The translations under genes and the position numbers were made by a program. The notes below the pieces were generated by a model. It was not told the DNA's origin. It worked only from the letters and a program-made list of their open reading frames with translations, and did not search any database. From Phoronis australis (taxonomy: Eukaryota; Animalia; Phoronida): a stretch of 64,000 nt of DNA. Shown piece by piece: positions 57,501 to 64,000 of the stretch. The stretch covers positions 230,425 to 294,424 of the forward strand of contig NMRA01000340.1 in assembly GCA_002633005.1 (NCBI GenBank), read 5' to 3'. Every line of letters begins with the position of its first letter. The stretch's first letter is position 1.

Positions 57501-60500
57501 TGAATCCTAACCTACCAGATCAATTAGAGATGTCACTACCAATGACGACCGTCACCCAGCACACTACTAACTACTCTGGGGCTTAACAGAGGATTTACAA
57601 ACATTGCATTTAACCTTCTGTACATTGAAACATGCATACTCACATCACGTGACGTGAGATTGTACTGAAGGAGACTGTTACTGAATGCTGCGTAGCCTGC
57701 CGACTTTGCAATATAGTCTGATAGCCAGATGGTCGACATTTTGTTACCACCAGATGGCGGTAAAGGCCGAGGCCCAAACGGCAAGCTTTTACGAGAGGCG
57801 GTGAAAAAGATCTCTCCCTACAAATGGAGGTGAAATGCAATCTAATTATCATTACAGAAATAATTAATTCATTGTGCATTTTATTATATCTTTAACTCAA
57901 TTTTAGTGCAAAAAGACACAAAAAATCGCATAGAAAATCTTTACGAGCAAACAAAACGTACCTTATGAGATGTTTCTAAGGCCGCGTCAGTGAATTGCGG
58001 TCCTTGCGTTAACGAGTAATCGATTGAAAGGTCACTGCCAAGGGATGAGACGAGATGGAGCGTAGACAGGGACTGTGCTGCGTTGACATTTATCGCCTTC
58101 TTCGCTTCAGAACACAACTAGAGAAAACGGTGGAAAATCCAGGAAGAGACGCTGCATTAAATTAAAGAGGATTGTGGGAAGCAGTTCCGTCAACTCATAA
58201 TGAAATCAACCAATGAAATCACAAAATATACTCCTATATCCAACCAACATGTCAGAGGCCTGACTAAAATGAAAATACCAAATCCTAAAACAGCAAGGAC
58301 ATGTCTCAAGTCGACAAACGAAAGAAATGAAGCAGACGCAAAGAGCAATTAGTCAATCCAGTATCAAAAAATAACTTCAAACTCGTTGAAAGTTAGGCAC
58401 GCTAAATAACTCTACTGAAAATTTCCTAAAGTGGTTTTCAACCTTGGAATGATTTTTAACTGATAGTGCTATAGAACTGTATGCGGCTTATTTCGAAGAA
58501 CCAAACTAGTCTGATACATAGATTTTAGATGTTGTTTCATCTCATGATTCTTGTCCATAAAGGTTAACTAGAACGTGCTTTATGCTGTACACCAAATTGC
58601 ATTTGAGAGAACGAATGTTCGCAAAAAGATAGAACAAACCCTACTTACTACTTACAATATCATTTAGTTGACCTTTCAAGGATTTCTCTACTGATCCAGA
58701 GAATAAGTTGTACAACCAGCTGAAAAATAAGACTTCAAGTTTAGCTGCTCCCATAATGCATAACGCGAAGTTCTAAATAATTTAACTGTCGGGTGTTGTA
58801 TTTTCCTTATTGTTATTTGCTATGACGAATTTCAATTCGAAACGGAGGCGCTCAAATTTACACCTGTAATTAAACAGAATGAGACAATTTTAATACTTGG
58901 CAAAAATAGTTGTGATTTAACTTTCTAACGGTCATGTTCATATTTAATGTTTAAACCCCAAACGCAATGTATAATATATCGATAAAACAAGAATAACAAT
59001 GCACTTACCTGGCGCCTCCGTGAAATTTAACGTCAACGCTGCCAGTAGAGGCGCTGCAAGTTGTCGCTTTAATAGTCGGTCGCAGTTTGCTGTCAATACC
59101 TGAGTTACAAAACAAGCATGGTCGATCTTGAGGTCGACCACAAAATGGCATCAATAATACAAAGTACATATACGCCACAAAGATGTCTCCACAAACTTCA
59201 AAATTTCACACCTCAAAATCTATCTTGGTTAACAACGAGCAACTCTTTATAAGAAGTCTTGCCCACTGTTAAGTTGATGCTCTGATCTTTTACAGAGGAG
59301 GTGGACCTTATACAAGCAAAGCGCCAAGACAGAGATCAAAATCCATCATCAAAATAATCATAACATACCCATGGAAACTGTTATAGAAAACTTCATGTCG
59401 GCTACCTTGATGTCGAAGCTGCCGGAATCTGACCATTTGACACTGGAAAACACAAACACCTGTGTTAGCCGTGGATCAACTGTAGCATGTCTACTGTTAG
59501 TAAATAAGAGCAACCCAATGCGGTGGAACTGCGCTGGAGACATCACGGCAAACGGTATGCGTTTGGGGTGTTTATTAGTGTCAAGCAATAAATAAACTTA
59601 GACTAATTTGACAAAAGCTGGAAATTCAGACTGTTACTGGAGAATCCCAGTCATACACTCCAATGCCAATGTCCATCAAAACCCTGCCAAGCCATTTTTA
59701 CAGTAATAAAAGACAACCAATATCTTGTCAACAATTAAAATGACCAAAACAGGGCGATACAATTGACCGATGCCGACGCATATCCACGACATACCTCTGC
59801 CTCATTGTCAGATAGTTTCAACAAAAATTGACGGACAAGAATGTCTGTGGAATTCTAAAACTTTTCAACATACTGGGAACCAGAGACAATTAATATGTGT
59901 CGGTGTTCATAACACATATTGTCACACACGACACACATGTTGTTCAATTTCGAACATATTGTAGTGCCGGCGAAAATATGTGTCAATTGCGACAATATGC
60001 CGCAACGGGGACTAAGATCTGGTTACACGAACTTGGACTGTCAGGAAGAGCCTAAAATGTCCCCTAAGGATGTATTATGTCACTACAAATGAGCCCTTCA
60101 ATAACATCCCGTCGTTGTGGCAAATTTGAATTTCATTAGTTTGAAAAATTATATATCATGATCTATTTTCATGATGTCAAGAGCAATCTTACAACGCCTT
60201 TCGTGCTTTGTAATGCCAGTCTCCGTGGATGGAACACAGCCCGCCTGACATACTCCAAGTAACGCCGACACCTGGCACGAGAACGACTGCAGCTGCTGGC
60301 TTAGAGAATGTCTGGACAGTCATCCTGAAAGATAAAGACTTAATTACAGTGTTATTATAAATAATTTGAGGCAACCCCTAACTTAAAGTCTAACTTAAAT
60401 GGTAACACAATGTAAATTTAGTTCTTACAATATGTTGAAATCGCCACTCTGAGCACACTTGAAGTCATAAATCGTCAAATGCAATCAGCGTCGTTTACAT

Positions 60501-61771
60501 CACCGCTAGAATCCTAAGTATTTATTTCTTACTGCCGTAGGACTCCACTTCCGTTACAAACACAAGTCACTTGCATTACGAACATGTAGATGATCTATTT
60601 TCGAAATTGCAATTTTAGGGTTGGCCGAACCCAACAAACGCTGATTGAGACGTCGTGTTTTCTAGAGTCGGTGATGGTTTCGATGTTCTTTTTGGGAACG
60701 GAAATAGTATCCTATCACGGTAAAGAATATTACGAGACCAATTTATGAAAGTAAAATTCCTCATTCAATATTCGTTTTTAGCCAGTTCAAAAGGGCGAAT
60801 GTAGCTTTAATTAAAACATCTAATAAACAATTCACTCAGGTCGGTGTTCTATTCGACATACTCGGGTAACCACGGCAGATACATACTTCTACCGCGGGTA
60901 CCAGTAACTATTCAAATAAATGTTCAAAGACAGGAAGTTGTGGTGGAAGTAAATTGGTGCATTCCCGTTTGTAATGTTGTACACAGGTTTAAAGAAGATA
61001 TAATTTTTGTCCGAAGGTTTGCGCGACATTGTAAATTATAGGATGTCTCCAAAATGTAAACAAAAATCAGAAAATACTCTGAAAAGGAGTACGTCCAGGA
61101 TTTTTTCTCGTCCCAGGAGCCCCAAAATGTGTTGTACAAGGCATAGAATTTAGGAAAGCCCCTATTGGTTCTAGTAACACAATGACAGCGTGTGAATTAC
61201 GTTAGACCAATGTAACTACTTAGTACGTGGAAACTTAACCACGTTCTCCACACGAGGACCATTTTGCGCCCATCACGTTTGCTACTTCCGTTCAATTTTC
61301 ACACAGTTTTTACCAGATAAAACTTGAAATTTTCAGCTTTTAACTAATCTCCGACTTGCAGTGAGGCATTAGCGATGCCTACGTTTTGTACAATTGATGG
61401 TTTCTGCCAAAACTTGACGATGTCTTGCGATTCAAACTTTGGGAAAAGACTAAAAATATAATTACATTAGTTACAGTAAAACTATCTGTGGATACATACT
61501 CCTGAGTATTTTTGAGAATCATTTTGATCACCCTGTATTAATTAAGATTCATTTCACGCACCATCATGTAATTTAACCATTGACTATAGATACAAAACCC
61601 ACGTAACCTGATGAGGGGAGTGTTAAACCGCTTGTAATGGTTTGTTTACGTTTACTTACGCCGTCAAATCGTAGTCAACTTTAATTCCTGAAACTTTTTG
61701 ATTGCCGTGTTGGTCGGGGAGAGTCTTCCCTTGGAAATCCTTGGTGAGAAGGTCAATAGCCACATCGCTAG
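45515..61771 (-). CDS. LBP/BPI (lipopolysaccharide-binding / bactericidal permeability-increasing) family protein; first exon not found in window
   Basis: In-phase exons 61771-61660, 60324-60193, 59442-59369, 59099-59009, 58719-58656, 58117-57962, 57817-57644, 57233-57153, 56224-56054, 53753-53686, 52116-52065, 50423-50360, 48308-48232 and 45694-45515. Motifs are GDWHYK, DSGSFD, C...FHGGASWLYNLF, LC, IDYSL, GEIF..PF.P, MSTIWLSDY, FLNTTC..CIG..P..YPN, GIPIP and ETDVQY. Confidence 0.9.
45862..47085. mobile_element. PIF/Harbinger-like non-autonomous element with nested MITE
   Basis: Inverted ends CATTTCATAAAGGTGGTTTAAC / GTTAAACCACCTTTATGAAATC with many AAACCTGGTTT subrepeats and an internal tandem duplication at ~45908-46045. 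A nested CAGGGGCGGATCCAGG...CCTGGATCCGCCT MITE lies at ~46301-46456. Confidence 0.6.
48914..50262 (+). mobile_element. Helentron-associated (HINE/DINE-1-like) element spanning the assembly gap
   Basis: It starts AACAAGAGC and has tandem CCAAATTTCATGAAAATCCG-containing units and a (GGAC)n microsatellite at ~50175-50215. It ends in the 3' hairpin TGCGTCCACATAT..ATATGTGGGCGCA followed by TAAAAA. Confidence 0.72.
54530..54945. mobile_element. MITE with tandem subterminal repeats
   Basis: (ACTCCGAAGGG)-like repeats on the left and inverted (TTCGGAGTAA)-like repeats on the right. Confidence 0.6.
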
Positions 61772-62675
61772 CTGAAAATGTGTGGAAATAAAAGTGTAAA
61801 GAACTTAAAGGTGGGTCTTCCCATCGGAATTTCCCATCAATTTTGAACTGCACTACATTGGGGCGTATTACTCTGCAGCCAGCTGAGACGATGGTCATTG
61901 TCTAGGGCTGTAGATATGCTTGGCCCCGGCTTGGAGGTGCTGGCTGCATTTAAGGCCCTTTCATATTGACTTAACTCCGGTCTGAGCGGAGCGTCGACGT
62001 AAACAGCGCAGTTAACTGGACCATTCATACTGGCTTCGGTAGTTAATGAACAACGAAGTAAGCGGTTGGTGCCGCTGTCGTCATCGAAGTTATCTCAAGG
62101 TAGCGTTGCACGCTAAGATTTTTTTCAATGTTTCAATTTGAAAACATTTGCATGTGCTAAGGGACATTTAACTTATTTTTAAATCGATTGGTTATTATTA
62201 GAGCAAAATATAAGCAGCTATTAGTGACGGCACTACCTTGCAACTGTTGACGATAACAGTGGCACCTGGCGATGACTTATTGTCCTGCGCGAGCAAGACA
62301 CAATTAAGTGTAATTGCCCGACCATAAACTGTCGTAATCATCACTGCCTGTACATAATGGCGAATTTTGAAATTGCATTAATCAATAATTTTCGTAAAAA
62401 AACGAATACCACGGCGGTAATCAGCTGGAAAAAACAACCAAGTAAGGTTTTCGAGTTTTTAAAAATCGATGAACTTAAAAAGCTAAAAACTACAAACACT
62501 GGGTACGATTGAATATAAACGACCGTGCGTATCGATACAGTCGGGGGAATTAACAAACGCTGATCAGAGTTATCAATATATCGCACGGACTATTCTTAAC
62601 ATTCTTTCAATCTCGTTTAACCAGATTTTTGACTAGGAAACAGTTGTATTTAACTTGTGCCCATTCTATATTTNT

Positions 62676-64000
62676 ACTGATAACGCTGTTCCTTTGTTGA
62701 ACGTTCTTGCTGCATTCAGGTTGGTTTAGCTTCAATTGAACTAGACTGCAGCCTATTTCTTAATGATTTATGACATCTAAATTCGTCATATGAATGTTGT
62801 GATGTTGTTCATCATCGCCACCAACATCATCATATTCGTCATCATCGCCATCATCTTCGTCATCATCTCCGTCTTTTCCTTAATTTCGCCAAGTGTCGCT
62901 CAAGACTAGCCTTTTTCTTACTGATTTTGGACTCCTACGTTCGTCATGTGTATGTTATTAACTTCTTTTGTTCATCCTCACCACCATCTTCGTCATATTT
63001 GTCATCTTCGTCATCATCTTTATTTTTTTTTGTTTGTTCGCACGATACAGGTCGCAATTTTCGTCCGATCATCACGAAATTTACACATAATACGTACTTC
63101 CGGAAGTACTGGAAGCCTATTGTTTTTCGTCAAAATCGAATCCAAGATGGCGGCTGTGGCGGCCATTTTGTTTTCATTTAAATCTTCAAATGCTTCTGGA
63201 GGCTACAATTTTTTACGTAAAAGGCTAAGAATCGGCACAGTAAGTGGACCGGAAGTTTGCTACAAGCATACCGGAAATTGTTTACTTCCGATTAAAGATG
63301 GCGGAAATATCGGCGATCGCGCATGCGCACCTCAATTTTGGCCTAAAAACGTTTTCTCCTGTAGAGGGCGCATTATAAAGCCAATTCCTTTGAAGCTTTA
63401 CGGATATTTGTTTTTTGTGAAATGCTATTATATCTACCCAAAAAACCGGAAGTTGCATTCAAGATGGCGGATCTTGTGCATGTTGACCTATTTTCAGTCG
63501 TACGTAGATGCTATTTAAACGGGTGAAGGAAAAGACGTGAATTTTTGCATGTGGATTTTCTAAGGTATACTCTTTCAAATGAACTGTGACAATTTTTTTC
63601 TCAGACTTACCGTTTTTGAGTTATTTGACTTTGAATTTCTTAAAAAATAAGCAAAATTTCATTTTTTCGAAAAATTTACGGAATTAGGCAATACCAACAG
63701 TTTAGATAGAATTTTGAAAGGGCTTTCAGAAGATGTTTTCCATTTTTCGCTAGGACGTCTACTTTTCGAGTTATTTGAGATTTTCTGATAACGCTGTTCC
63801 TTTGTTGAGCGCTCTTGCTGCATTGATGTTGGTATATCCTCTTTTGAAATAGACTGTAGCCTATTTCTTATTGATTTATGACATCTAAGTTCGTCATATG
63901 AATGTTGTGATGTTGTTCATCATCGCCACCACCATCATCATATTCGTCATCATCTTCGTCATCTTCGTCATCATCTCCGTCGTTGTCTTTTCCGTTATTT
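62676..64000. repeat. ~1.1-kb tandemly repeated unit containing a Helentron/HINE-like segment and (CAT/CTT)n low-complexity tracts
   Basis: 62676-62880 (CTGATAACGCTGTTCCTTTGTTGA...CATCATCTCCGTC) recurs at 63785-63985. The internal CCGATCATCACGAAATTT and CAAGATGGCGG motifs are typical of these elements. Confidence 0.65.

Noticed and set aside
60890-61030. Short minus-strand ORF MSRKPSDKNYIFFKPVYNITNGNAPIYFHHNFLSLNIYLNSYWYPR in a BPI intron
   Set aside because: No recognisable family, and it is not needed for the in-phase BPI model.
61800-62110. GC-richer segment with ORFs 61837-62028 and 61656-61898 as a candidate BPI first exon
   Set aside because: It has no signal peptide, NPG..RIT..GL.Y motif or suitable phase-1 donor. 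The first exon probably lies beyond the window.
62927-63518. 190-aa and 84-aa ORFs
   Set aside because: They lie within low-complexity or HINE-like repeat sequence, with no protein-family features or splice context.

Overview
Intron-rich eukaryotic (marine invertebrate-like, probably lophotrochozoan; inference) genomic DNA with one assembly gap (49739-49970). I reconstructed spliced gene models by hand. They are the 3' end of SNAP-25 (+), LRRC57 (-) head-to-head with NTPCR (+), a complete 11-exon PPP5C (-) with a U12-type minor intron, and a 5'-truncated LBP/BPI-family gene (-) with a long cationic C-terminal tail. Between PPP5C and BPI lies the most unusual gene. It is almost intronless and encodes ~1545 aa: a bacterial-style GlnD/GlnE/DUF294-like nucleotidyltransferase module fused to ~22 TPRs, split by a single frameshift. 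Other points of note are minisatellites seeded from exon-intron junctions, a duplicated in-frame N-terminal segment of LRRC57 that appears to be under purifying selection, inverted hairpin MITE pairs in 3' UTRs, a palindromic Kolobok-like element carrying a THAP start, and various LINE, SINE, Helentron and MITE relics.
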